Positions 28,601-41,274 of a stretch of DNA of 64,000 nt are shown here, in pieces. Origin of the DNA: Octopus vulgaris (Eukaryota); NCBI GenBank assembly GCA_951406725.2, contig OX597835.1, forward strand, positions 22,444,001 through 22,508,000, given 5' to 3'. The notes beneath the pieces were generated by a model, which was not told where the DNA came from, searched no databases, and saw only the letters and a program-made list of their open reading frames with translations. Position numbers and translations under genes: made by a program. Within the stretch, counting starts at the first letter, position 1. Each line of letters opens with the position of its first letter.

Positions 28601-29681
28601 TAGTGCCGTACTGTCCATTTCTGATGAAAACTTTTAACACTCACATAAATGTGGAGTTCTGTCATTCAGTCAAGTCTATAAAGTATATATGTAAATATGT
28701 TAACAAGGGTTCTGACGCTGCCATGTTTGGCCTTCAAAAGGACAATAGCATGGACGAGGTGTCACAGTATTTGGCAGGTCGGTACATAAGCAGTGGTGAA
28801 GCTTTTTGGCGCATATTCGGGTTTCCACTTCACCAAAGGCACCCCGCCATCATACAACTAGCGGTTCATTTGGAAAATGGCCAGCGAACTTACTTTACTG
28901 AACAGACTGCAGCTGAAAATGCGGCAAATCCAAAACAAACAACTTTGACCGGTTTCTTTAGGCTTTGCCAACTTGACACATTTGCTAAAACACTTTTATA
29001 CCCTCAGGTCCCGTCCTACTACGTGTGGTCAAACAACAATTGGGTGCGTAGGAAGTCGGGTCAGGATGTTGAAGGACATCCTGGTGTCAAGTTTAACAGT
29101 TGTCTAGGAAGAGTCTACACTGTACCTCCAAACCAACATGAGTGTTTTCACCTGCGCCTTCTCCTCCATGAGGTTTTAGGCCCACAAAGTTTTCAAGACA
29201 TCAGAACTGTTGATGGTGTATTATGTGATACTTTCCGCAAAGCCTGTTTTCGGCGTCGACTCTTGGAGGATGATTCACAATGGGGCGCCACTATGGCGGA
29301 GGGTGTTTCATTAAAATCTCCTAAAAAAATCAGATCGCTTTTCGCTATTCTACTACTATGGTGTGACTTGGCTAATCCCGCCTCTTTATGGCTTACATAC
29401 AAAGATGATATGTCTGAAGATTTCCTGCGTCACGCTCAATCGCTACATCCATCAATGAGAACAATAACATGGCTCTTTTCAAGGCAACCTCGCATTCAAT
29501 TCTTACACCATTCTACGAGGGGGTAGGAACCCCTTTACACGGCTTTCTATACACTTACAAATATATTCATTCGCCGTAAACTTATATCAATATTTGCCTG
29601 AATAATCATCATAATTCAGTGCAATCATTAACAGTACTTTCAAGCAATTCAGCCCCGAGCATCGCCGGGCAATTCTGCTAG
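24949..29681 (+). mobile_element. Helitron with Rep domain but no helicase (internal deletion), intact termini
   Basis: A|TC 5' end, CCCGAGCATCGCCGGG hairpin and CTAG|T 3' end; broken ORF 26421-29526 with FITFTCNP, EWQKRGLPHAH (HUH) and KYICKYVNKG motifs. Confidence 0.93.
26421..29526 (+). pseudogene. Helitron RepHel pseudogene (zinc-finger-like and Rep regions)
   Basis: Three collinear ORFs joined across an in-frame TAG (27195-27197) and a frameshift in the A-run near 28205; no Pif1 Walker A motif before the 3' end. Confidence 0.9.
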
Positions 29682-30002
29682 TTCACTTATAATCCAGAGG
29701 AGAGTATTACGTTTTCTGCATACTATAGAAGGTACGAAGAAAATTTTAACAAAGATTGCAAGTCGTGGTCAGATGAGGAGAAACTGAGGTTATTACTACG
29801 CAAGGTAGCTCCGGACGAGCATGAAGGCTACCGTAACTTTATATTGCCCAAAAAGTCGAGTGAGATTGGTTTCCAAGAAACTAAGGAATTACTATCAAAG
29901 ATCTTCGGTGACAAAAGTTCATTATTTAACACTCGAATGGAGTGTTGGGACTTAACAAAAAATGACGATGATGACTTTATTACATACGCCGGTGTAGTCA
30001 AC

Positions 30003-30199
30003 TTTACTTGCTTCAGTCATTTGACTGCGGCCATGCTGGAGCACTGCCTTTAGTCAAGCAAATCGACCCCAGTACTTATTCTTTGTAAGCCTAGTACTTA
30101 ATCTATCGGTCTCTTTTGCCGAACCGCTAAGTTACGGGGACATGAACACACCAGCATCGGTTGTCAAACGATTTGGGGGGGACAAACACACACACACAA

Positions 30200-30234
<35 letters not shown>

Positions 30235-30402
30235 CATATACACATATACACGACAGGCTTCTTTCAGTTTCCGTCTTCCAAATCCACTCACAAGGCTTTG
30301 GTCGGCCCGAGGCTATCGTAGAAGACTCTTTCCCAAAGTGCCACGCAGTGGGACTGAACCCGGAACCATGTGGTTGGCAAGCAAGCTACTTACCACACAG
30401 CC
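30003..30402 (-). mobile_element. SINE family A copy inserted in Gypsy gag
   Basis: Interrupts the gag frame (AGVVN...RENFKL). Confidence 0.85.
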
Positions 30403-33400
30403 GTGAAAACTTTAAACTTCAGGAACTCATTCAGGATATGTTTAAATCCCTTATCTTCGTACAAGGCCTTACGGCAGCTGAAGATAGAGAAATTCGGGCA
30501 AGAATTCTCTCAAAAATGGAGCAAGCGAACCAAGACTTAACCCTACAGACTATTGCAGAAGAATGTCAAACAATGGTAAACCTGAAGCACATGACAAAAA
30601 TTCAGTAGAAAGATTCTGCAAAAATACAGATGTGTCGACCCAAAAAGTACAACCAAAAAAGAGTACCAGGCCCCAATCCATGTTACAGATATGGAAGCCT
30701 ACACTTCAGAAAAGAGTGTCCGTTTATAAACCGAAAATGCTTTAGTTGTCAGAAACTTGGTCACAAGAGCTCATATTGCAGGACAAGGTTACGACGGTCG
30801 AACGCAAAAAGTTCTAAGGGGTTTCCAGCAGAAAGTGAATGAGACACAAAAACAAGAAAATTCGTACAGGTAAAAATAAATGGTGTAAATATTAAACTAC
30901 AGTTGGATACGGGTAGTGATATTTCAATCATAAATGCGGATACATAGAGAAAAAATCAGGAAACCGAGGTTACGTAAAACAGCGAAAATTGACGTGGAGT
31001 GACGGACGATAAATTACAATTCATGGGCGAAATGTGTACAGACGTCACATTTCGGGGAAAAACATGCGAAGCAAAAATATTCATTGTGGAGAATACAATC
31101 AATCTGTTTGGTACAGATTGGTTGAAGTTGTTTGAATTACGGCATCTCTCCATAAATCTCTACTGCAGAAATATAAATGGTTGTCCCGTTAAAAATAAAT
31201 CGTCTGAGGAATTGAAGAGAAAATTGAAAAAGGTGTTTCCTCAAGTACTATTGAAGGACTTGGATTTATGTAAAAAAAACTGAAGCCTGCTTTCAAGTAA
31301 GTGAAAACGCTGTGCCGGTATTTAAATCTAACAGAAGAGTACAGTTCTCGGCAATTGAAATTGTAAATGAATAGTTGGGCCAGAAAAAGGGGAAATCATC
31401 AAAAAGATGGATTACTCTAAGTGGGCGGCGCCTACGGTGTACAATTAGAAAGGAAAATAATAAGATTAGGCTGTGTGTCGATTTCTCAACAGGATCGAAC
31501 GACTGCTTAAAGACATGCCACTCGACTCCAGAGGACATTTTCGCAAAATTAAATGGTAGAAAAATTTGCTCCAAGTTGGATCTGTCTGATGCTTAGTTAT
31601 AGATTAAAGCAAGTGACAAATGCTCAAAGTATCTGACAGTAAATACATACAAAGGATTATACAGACATACCCGGTTGCCTTTTGGATTAACGGTTTCACC
31701 GGCAATATTTCAGCAAATTATGGACGCCATGTTATCTGATTGTGAATTTGCGATCCCTTATTTGGACGATATATTGATTAAGAATAATTCGCGTGAACAT
31801 CATGTGGATCATATAAAAGCAGCGTTCAAGAAAATGAAAGGGTACGGGTTCGCCTTGAGTGAAGAAAAATGCAAATTCTTTTTGTCTCAAAGCAAGTACT
31901 TAGAGCAAATAATTGATAAAAATGGTAAACGACTTGACCCGTCGAGGACAGACGCAATAAAGAATATGCCTGCTCCAACATCTACACCAACATTACAAGC
32001 GTTTCTTGGGCTAGCAAACTACTACCAAAACAAATTCCTAACATGCATAAATTAAGAGCTCCATTGAATGACTTATTAAAAAAGGAAGTAAAGTGGAATT
32101 GATTAATTAAATGCCAAAACGCGTTTGAAGAAATAAAAAAAGTTCTAATCGCAGATTTGTCTCTAGCGCATTTCGATCCTGAAATAGACATTGTTGTAGC
32201 ATCTAACGCTTCGGAGTACGGAATAGGAGCAGTTTTGCTACGCAAGTAAAAATATGGAAGTGTGAAACCAATGATTTATATTTCGCGCTCGCTGATAGCG
32301 GCAGAGGAAAAATGCAATCAGGTATCTTTGCTGTGAAAAAATGTCACAGGTTTCTACGTGGTAAAAGTTTTCTGTTACAAACAGATCGTTGACCATTGCT
32401 ATCAATTTATGGGTCAAAGAAAGGGTTACCTACCCATACAGCGAACCGACTACAACGCTGGGGGTATAATATTACTAAATTACAATTTCAAAGTGCAGTA
32501 TATTCCATCGAAAATTGGGTCATACGGACAGTCAGATGAGACTAATTACGGAACCACTAGAAGGTACCGTAATAGCCGCACTACAAGCAGAAAATGAAAT
32601 TAAAAAAGTGTCCATGAACCTTTCCACCTGCCCATTTGACCTCGGGTGATAGGGTGGAGGGAAAATATGCTTCCATCGCATGCACAGAAGTTTTTGAATT
32701 GCGTTCCATTATCAGAAACTAACGCATCTGGAACACCGTATCTCAGGAACAATTCATGTAGGAATTTTATAGTTGTCTTAGCGGTTGGTTTATTATACCT
32801 GCATACCTCTGGCCACTTTGTGCAGCTGTCTGCCGATTAGATAGTAAGCACCGTTCACTGGTCCGGTATAGTCGATATGTAACCTAGGCCATGGGTTCTC
32901 AGTCTCCGGCCGCGATCGATATTCTACCGGCGGGGCTTTGGCCGCGAGAGCGCAACCTCGACAAGTTCTCACCAAATTTTTGATATCCCGGTTCATAGTT
33001 GGCCTATAGACGTAGCTCCTCCTCAGAACTTTGATTCTCGACATTCCCGGGTGTCCGCTGTCGAATTGCTGCAATACACGTTTTTGTAATGTTTCAGTAA
33101 TACAACTCTTTGCACATACAGCAGAATATCGTCGCATATTGAGAAACTACTCGAATTTGTATTTTTATTCTGCTTATTTTTTAAAGCTGCTTTCATTTTC
33201 GTAACATACTCATCGCTATAGATTTCATCCTAATATCCTGTGCAGTCACTTGCAGTTCTTGGATAACATTAGTCATACTATGAACCGAGATATCAAAAAT
33301 TTGGTGAGAACTTGTCGAGGTTGCGCTCTCGCGGCCAAAACCCCGCCGGTAGAATATCAATCGCGGCCGGAGACTGAGAACCCATGGCCTAGGTTACATA

Positions 33401-34238
33401 TCGACTATGCCGGACCAGTGAACGGTGCTTACTATCTAATCGGCAGACAGCTGTACAAAGTGGCCAGAGGTATGCAGGTACAATAAACCAACCGCTAAGA
33501 CAACTATAAAGTTCCTCCATTAATTGTTTCCGCGATACGGTGTTCCAGATGCGTTAGTTTCTGATAATGGAACGCAATTCAAAAACATCTGTGCATGCGA
33601 TACAAGCATATTTTCCCTCCACCCTATCACCCGAGGTCAAATGGGCAGGTGGAAAGGTCCATGGACACTTTCAAAAGAGTGTTGAGAGAAGAACTAGGAA
33701 CGAATTAAGTAACGATGAAGCACTAACAAAATTCTTAAGGGTATGTAGAGTAACCGCCAATCCAAGTACAAATTCGGGAAAAGTCACCTGCAGAGTTGAT
33801 GTTCACGAGAAGAATAAAATCGATTTTTGACAAATTATCGTTAGAGGAAAAAAGATGCAAAGGAAATACAAAAGATGCAACGAAATATTTCGAAGTAGGA
33901 GATAAAGTGCATTTTAAAACCTACAGAAATGGTAAAGAAGGCTGGGAGGATGGCCTTGTAACAAAAAAAAACAGGAAGTATGATGTATTTACTTAAAGGA
34001 CCACGCTGGGAACATTTATATAGTTCTTTTTTTTTGTTTTGCTTTTTTGTCCGGCTGGGCATCCAACGAAAACCAGGCTCCTTGCCAAGCGGGTTTCGTA
34101 GGGTTTTCTATGCAACTGGCTGTACTGGGTTACATGTTACCAATAACACTAAAAGTGATCTGGTTTGAAAAGGGACAACTGGACGAAGTGATTTTTGCGG
34201 AGCTTGGTGAAGTCAACACATCTAAGGTAATCAAAGAA

Positions 34239-34471
34239 AGGCGACGAGCTGGCAGAAACGTTAGCACGCCGGGCGAAATGCTTTGCGGTATTTCATCTGT
34301 CGCTACGTTCTGAGTTCAAATTCCGCCGAGGTCGACTTTGCCTTTCATCCTTTCGGGGTCGATAAATTAAAGTACTAGTTACGCACTGGGGTCGATGTAA
34401 TCGACTTAATACCTATGTCTGTCCTTGTTTGTCCCCTCTGTGTTTAGCCCCTTGTGGGTAGTAAAGAAATA
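34239..34471 (+). mobile_element. SINE family B copy with TSD AGGTAATCAAAGAA
   Basis: Full-length copy; direct repeat on both flanks. Confidence 0.85.
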
Positions 34472-35603
34472 GGTAATCAAAGAAGGGGAGATAAATGAAA
34501 TGGGATCGCTTGAGTAGAGGTGGCATAAAATCGAGGTAGCTCCGAGGAGTAGAGGCCGCTGAAGGAGCGACACAAAAAAGATAGAGAGTTGCTGTGTCTG
34601 TGGCTAGAACCTGGTGTGTGACTGTGAGCGATTTTATGCTAATCGGTCACATGAACCTTTGAGAAGAGCAAGAGCAGCAGCCGTCCAAGAATTTGGACCT
34701 GGAGATCTTCATTTCCAGCGACTTCAAGGGTCACCTCCCAGTGGTGCCGGGCGTCAACGAAGAGCCTTCGACTACAAGACGACCAAAGTTGTTTTTTTCC
34801 AAGGTCTCGGGTCTCCTACCCCTAAGCCCTAGACCATCACCTAATCACCCTTACCCGTCTTGTTGCTTAACAACAACAACGACAACATCAACAACAACAA
34901 CATCAACAACAACAACAGCAACAGCAGCAGTAACAGCAGCAGTAGCAGCAGCAGCATCTCACGATCCCACTGTGGTTTTCATTTGAGTTTTATAGAGTAT
35001 CAAGACGAACAGCTTTGTCAGGCAGCAAGTCAACAAATACGCAAACAGATAGGAGCCACTCCTTGCGCAGGTAAAAAATGACGACATCTTCCCTGGTACG
35101 GCCATGTATCCTGCCATAATTCCCTGTCCAAAACCATTCTTCAGGACACGGCTGAGGATCGGCGAAAGAGAAACAAACAGAGAAGGTCCTGGTTTGACAC
35201 ATCGAGGACTGGACAGGTGACAAAACAGCGAATCTGCTACGCATAACAGAGAAAAGAGACCAGCGGCTGACTATTGAAAGCTTCTAGAGTGACACCCCAA
35301 CAACTGGCTGCACCAGTTAATCCTTTAGCAATCAAATTATTTAGGCAAATGTTCTGCCTATAAAGTCACATTGTTTTGAATTAATCCAGCTTTGTCTCGT
35401 AGCAACAAGATTTTGAGTACGTGTTTCTTTTATTTTTAGAATGACATTGTAAGATATGAGTGAGAGATCAGATCTGGCAGACTTGAACATAACACAAGGT
35501 TGACTATTTGGGCCCGATGTGGCCTGTTGAAACACTAAAGGGTTAAAGGATTTTGATGGGGATGACGAGAGCATCATTAATTGTTAGTGAACTTGAAGTA
35601 TTT

Positions 35604-35766
35604 GTAGATTTGAAAAGGGTCAGTAGATTTGAAGAGAAGGGTCAGTCAGTTGGGTCTTTGTAGATTTGAAGAGAAGGGTCAGTCAGTTGGGTCTTTGTAG
35701 ATTTGAAGAGAAGGGTCAGTCAGTTGGATCTTTGTAGATTTGAAGAGAAGGGTCAGTCAGTTGGGC
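35604..35766. repeat. 37-bp minisatellite, ~4 copies
   Basis: (GTAGATTTGAAGAGAAGGGTCAGTCAGTTGGGTCTTT)n. Confidence 0.9.
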
Positions 35767-36779
35767 AGTAGTCTGGATGTGTTCATGGCTGAGCTTTCGC
35801 CGGTCGAACTCCTCGCTTTCAGAGAGCAACAGTCCAATAAATAAAGGGAAAGTTTACGAAAATAAACAAAAGACGAAGGCAGGTGGTGTACAAACAAACA
35901 GATGTATTAGTATAACGCTCAGGAATAGAAAAAGTCTTTTACGTTTCGAGCCTACGCTCTTCCACAGAAAGATACACAGAAAAAAACAATGAGAGAAAAC
36001 AATGCGTGTAGGAGCTAACGATCTATCATGGCGTCCTCGATCCACAACCAGCACTTATCGAATTCATATTACTCCTTTTATCGATGGAGACTGCAAGATA
36101 ATGAGATCTTAAGATTTTAGTTGGTTTCTGTTGTGTTTTTTAATGAAATACACTTAATTTTGAAAAAAAAAATCTTGCTTCTCACAATATAGGAACACTT
36201 CTCATGGCTCCAACAAATAAAATGGAAAAGGCGCTGCCCTGGAGGATGGTGAGGGAGAGGCGCATCTTTATTTATTTATTTATTTATTTATTTTACTTGT
36301 TTCGGTCACTGGGCTGCGGCCATGCTGAGGCACCGCATTGGAGAGCTTAGTCGAACAAATCGACACCAGGACTTAATTTTTTTAAGCCTGATACTTATTC
36401 TATCGGCTCGCGTTTAACACACCGCTAAGTTACAGGGACGTAATCAAACTAATACTGGTTGTCAAGCGTTGGTGGCGTAAAAATCACACATGTATGTATG
36501 AATATTGGCCAGTGGCTATAGTATAAGACATTTACCCAAAGTGCTAAGCAATTAGAATGAACCAGAAACAATATGGTTTAAGAGCAAAACTCCTAATTAT
36601 TCAGCTATGCCTGTATCTATTGAAATTTTACGTGCAAGTTTCTTTTTTTAATCCGTTCTAAGTTGAAACTGAAATTAGCAGGAAGGAAAAAAATCAATCC
36701 AAGGGAAACAATTCTAATTATTTATTAATAATTGTCTCCCTTGCTCCATACATGTATTCGCCACCATTTTCTTTTTTTT

Positions 36780-37260
36780 ATTTTGCTTCATATTTCGTTT
36801 TACGGCAAACCGTAAATTCTAAGTGACTCGACATCAACCAGGAAATCTTTAAAACTATTCAAAATAAAAAGAGAAACGGAGCTCCGATTTAGTGGTCTTG
36901 AAGGGAAATGTATAAAATATTTTAAAAATAAAAACTGCCGTAATCGATTTGATTGTAATAAAAACAATCTAACGACAGTTGGTAAACAGTAGGCAATCTC
37001 GTTTATGGAAGTACCACCCTCCATCGCGGGTTCATAGTGAAACATTTCTTCCTTCTTCGCGTTGTTATCGTTTCTTGTCTTAAAAATTGCTAATTGACGC
37101 AGGCAAATATGTGAGAATAATAGAACGAAGAAGGAAAGATCTTTCTACACTCGCTCATCCATCATAGATACCTTCTTTGTTGTCGCCTGAAATATTCCAC
37201 GTAACGCGAAACTCCGCGTTACAATGCAGTGAATTATCGACTCAGAAATAAAAAAAAAAC
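36780..37260. promoter_or_regulatory. Probable Beclin-1 promoter / 5' UTR region
   Basis: Repeat-free, locally CpG-retaining stretch just upstream of the ATG; no TSS evidence. Confidence 0.3.
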
Positions 37261-37388
37261 TAAAACTTTGCTATATGTTCTGAGTAATCTTTACTGCCGT
37301 TTGTATATATACACCCAAGCGTGTATATATATATATGTATATATAGATCTATATATATTTTATATGCATAACGGAACTTAGTCAAAGA

Positions 37389-37524
37389 ATGGCTTCACCC
37401 AGGATGGACCCAACAAAAAGCTCGAAGACACCTGTAAACTTCGTATGCCAAAGATGTCACCAAGCACTCAAGCTCGACTATTCCTTCAATGTTATGGAGC
37501 AGAAGTCTTGGAAGGAGTTAACAG
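37389..37524 (+). CDS. BECN1: Beclin-1 coding exon 1
   Basis: ATG; MASPRMD..VNFVCQRCHQALKLD (conserved FVCQRC motif); G|gtaaaa. Confidence 0.9.
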
Positions 37525-37803
37525 GTAAAAAAAATTAAATCTCGAAACAGATCTTATCGTTCCTGCTTCCTATTTCACACCTCATCTACCTGTTGGTTGT
37601 ATAGACTTTTTGCATTTTGTTTTTATCATGTTACTTATTCCCAGTTAAGCCTTGTTTCACTAGACCTATCATTAACACATAAAGCGCAACTAGCCACGAT
37701 CGTGGTCATCTGGCACAGGTCGAGAGGCCATGATCGTCGCCCACATGGATGCATTTAATTTATGGGCATTTGTTGGGGTCCAGTGTTACTCAAATGCTTG
37801 GAG

Positions 37804-38032
37804 AGGCGGCGAGCTGGCAGAAACGTTAGCACGCCAGGCGAAATGCGTAGCCGTATTTCGTCTGTCGCTACGTTCTGAGTTCAAATTCCGCCGAGGTCGA
37901 CTTTGCCTTTCATCCTTTCGGGGTCGATAAATAAAGTAGTAGTTTCGCACTGGGGTCGATGTAATCGACTTAATCCCTTTGTCTGTCATTGTTTGTCCCC
38001 TCTATGTTTAGCCCCTTGTGGGCAGTAAAGAT
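37804..38032 (+). mobile_element. SINE family B copy with TSD TTACTCAAATGCT
   Basis: Full-length copy in the first Beclin-1 coding intron. Confidence 0.85.
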
Positions 38033-38434
38033 ATTTACTCAAATGCTCAGATAACCACCAGAATGCAAGAGGACTAATAGTTCAACTAATGACTTTTCAG
38101 ATGATGTAGAACTTGCCACCATTTTATACTAAGAAGATATTTTAACTATTTTCTGTTTTTTGTGTGTGCATGGCAGTCTCATTTTCATAAAATGTGCTCA
38201 GCAGTCCATACGATGTAAGTACTATGTATGTGCAAATCCCAGCACTTTGGGGGTTAAGCCTTGTTTCATTAGACCTATGGTTAAAGCATTCCAACAGTGA
38301 CCATCGCTTATTTTAAAGAATATATCTAGCAGTACATTATCCAGTACGTGTCCTTGTTTAACATAATATAATTTGTTTTGAAGGAGATTTGGCTGCTATT
38401 TCTTGCAGGTCGTAAAGTTCTGGAACTATACTCT

Positions 38435-38836
38435 CTCTTTTACTCTTTTACTTGTTTCAGTCATTTGACTGCGGCCATGCTGGAGCACCGCCTTTAGTCG
38501 AGCAAATCAACCCCGGGACTTATTCTTTGTAAGCCCAGTACTTATTCTATCGGTCTCTTTTGCAGAACCGCTAAGTGACGGGGACGTAAACACACCAGCA
38601 TCGGTTGTCAAGCAATGCTAGGGGGACAAACACAGACACACAAACACACACACACATATATATACATATACATATATACGACAGGCTTCTTTCAGTTTCC
38701 GTCTACCAAATCCACTCACAAGGCATTGGTCGGCCCGGGGCTATAGCAAAAGACACTTGCCCAAGGTGCCATGCAGTGGGACTGAACCCGGAACCATGTG
38801 GTTGGTTAGCAAGCTACTTACCACACAGCCACTCCT
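38435..38836 (-). mobile_element. SINE family A copy
   Basis: Full-length reverse-complement match. Confidence 0.85.
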
Positions 38837-39081
38837 GTGTTTCTACAGCTGGATGCCCTTCCTAACGCCAACCACTCCGAGAGTATAGTGGGTGCTTTTT
38901 ACATTCCACTGGCACAGGAGCCAGTCAGACAGGCCCGGCATTGATCACGTTTGGATAGTGGAGACAGTCAGCAGGTACTGGCATCGGCCACATTCAGATG
39001 TCTGTGTATGTCTATATATAGATATACACACTCACATTTATGTATGTATGTGTATATATATTTTATTTTTCTCTTTCCCAG

Positions 39082-39152
39082 CTCCACCAAAAAGCAGCTC
39101 TGTAGACACAGATGGATCCATCGGGATATTGTCATCTCAAGAAAGTTTACAG
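39082..39152 (+). CDS. BECN1: Beclin-1 coding exon 2
   Basis: cccag|CT...CAG|gtaact; phase 1 to 0; low-conservation region. Confidence 0.7.
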
Positions 39153-40335
39153 GTAACTATATATCTTATATTATATTATTTTATGTCAACTTTCCTTGCT
39201 CTGTGTGTGTGTGCATATGTATATATGTATGCATATCATCATCATCATTTAACATCCATTGTCCATGCTGACATGGGTTTGATGGTTTGACTGGGGCTGG
39301 TAAGCCAGAGAGCTTCACCATACTCCAGTCTGTTTGGCATGGTTTTCTACAGCTGGATGCTCTTCCTAACACCAATCACTCTGAGAGTGTAATGGGTACT
39401 TTTACGTGCCATTTGCATGACACCGGTACCTGCCATAATTGCGATTTTGCTCAGCTTCATGGGTCTTCTTCTCAAGCATGACATAATGCCAAAGGTCTTG
39501 GTCAATACCTCTGTGAGCCCAACACTCAAAAGGAACTCAGCCACTTTGCCTCCAAGAGAAACAGACAGATAGCTGCTTAAAGAAGTGCCAATCTCTTTAT
39601 GGATGGAACCTGTGGATGATGTTGATCCAGGAAGACATGGGGTGAGGAGATGAAGTATGATGTTCGGATGCTGAGTCTCATAGATGCAACGATGAGTGAC
39701 TCAGACTTTTGGCAATTTCCTGTGGTTGAGAAGAAACATCAAACCAGGTGAAATCATTGTTAGTGGCCAGTGCCGATGACACGTAAAAGACACCCGGTAC
39801 CCAGTACCCGCTGTGGAGTGGTCGACATTAGGAAGGGCATCCAGCCATAGGCTTCTTTCAGTTTCTGTCAACCAAATCCATACACAAGTATAACCGATGT
39901 TGGTGTGTTTACATCCCCATAACTTAGCAATTCAGCAAAAGATATTGATAGAATAAGTACCAGGCTTTAAAAAAAAAAATTACTGGGGTTGGTTCATTCA
40001 AGTAAAAGTTCTTCAAGGTGGTGCCCCAGCATGGCCACAGTCTAATAGAAATTAAGCCAGATCAGACTGGAGCCTGGGGCAGGTCTCTGGCTTACCAGAT
40101 CCAGTCAAACCATCCAACCCATGCCAGCATGGAAAACAGATTCTGACTGATGATGAGGATGAGAATGATAGCGAGGGAGGTGAGGAGTAACTACATTGAC
40201 ATCAGACTGTTGGATCAGGATATGAAGATTACAGAAAGCGTTAATACAAAACTGATTCAGAAGAAGGTTAGCCAAACAGAGATGCTGTTCAGGTTTATCC
40301 AGGAAGAGGTACTACTGCACTGTATTCCTAGTGGA

Positions 40336-40718
40336 TGGAAGCACTCCGTCGGTTCCGACGACGAGGGTTCTGGTTGATCCAATCAACGGAACAGCCTGCT
40401 CGTGAAATTAACATGTAAGTGGCTGAGCACTCCACAGACACGTGTACCCTTAACGTAGTTCTCGGGGATATTCAGCGTGACACAGAGAGTGACAAGGCCG
40501 GCCCTTTGAAATACAGGTACAACAGAAACAGGAAGTAAGAGTGAGAGAAAGTTGTGGTGAAAGAGTACAGCAGGGATCACCACCATCCCTGCCGGAGCCT
40601 CGTGGAGCTTTAGGTGTTTTTGCTCAATAAACACTCACAACGCCCGGTCTGGGAATCGAAACCGCGATCCTACGACCGCGAGTCCGCTGCTCTAACCACT
40701 GGGCCATTGCACCTCCAC
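40336..40718 (-). mobile_element. SINE family C copy
   Basis: TSD GTATTCCTAGT; another head starts at 63957 (+). Confidence 0.85.
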
Positions 40719-40949
40719 AGTATTCCTAGTAAGACAACTACAAGAGAAATACCCTAACATTCATCAATCTACAAAAGGCCTTTAATATTTTTACTGTGGA
40801 AATCAAAGATCCTCTCCGGCCCCTGTTCAACTATGCAACCCATTTCCAACATGGAAAACAGGTGTAAAATTGTGATGGTGGTGTGTGTATTCATTCATGC
40901 ATTTGTTTCTGTTAATCTTTATGCTTCTGTTTGTTTTTCAACTTCTCAG

Positions 40950-41005
40950 GATATGGACTTCACCCCTCAGCCTTACACTGTCCGGCGATATATAGGGCCT
41001 CAAGG
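40950..41005 (+). CDS. BECN1: Beclin-1 coding exon 3
   Basis: ctcag|GAT...GG|gtaagt; TVRRYIGPQ resembles vertebrate SRRFIPP. Confidence 0.75.
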
Positions 41006-41053
41006 GTAAGTCTAACATTTCTTGTTTGTGTGTAACTGAGATGAGGAGGGGCA

Positions 41054-41274
41054 CCCTTTCGTTACTCTATTTATTTTGAGATGCTCTGTGTTTCTTTCAA
41101 TTACTTTAAATATAACAAAGAATTTAATAAAATGACTTAGTTATAATTAAGCTAGTGTTAGGAACATAAATTGTGACTAAGGTTTGGTGGAAGATTTTAA
41201 TTCAAAACTTATGAAAACAAGACATTTGTACTACAGAGCCAGAGGCAGTTTCAGCCAGGTTGGTAACGAAAGGG
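41054..41274. mobile_element. piggyBac-like MITE (similar ones at 35321-35542, ~58107-58327, 58471-58677)
   Basis: TIR CCCTTTCGTTAC...GTAACGAAAGGG followed by TTAA. Confidence 0.65.

Larger units (their letters stand above)
24149..34005 (+). mobile_element. Decayed Gypsy/Ty3 (Mag-like) LTR retrotransposon with nested insertions; no 3' LTR seen
   Basis: gag SEFTYNPEE..YYRRYE, two zinc knuckles (~30680-30780), protease LDTGSDISI (~30900), RT PFGL..PAIFQ..YLDD (~31680-31770), RNase H NASEYGIGAVL, integrase WPRLHIDYAGP; many stops and frameshifts. Confidence 0.9.

Noticed and set aside
34478-34495. Polypurine tract marking a Gypsy 3' LTR
   Set aside because: Not followed by sequence matching 24149-24469, and it overlaps a SINE TSD.
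36800-37045. Divergent gene sharing the Beclin-1 promoter (81-aa minus-strand ORF)
   Set aside because: No recognisable motif and no supportable downstream exons.
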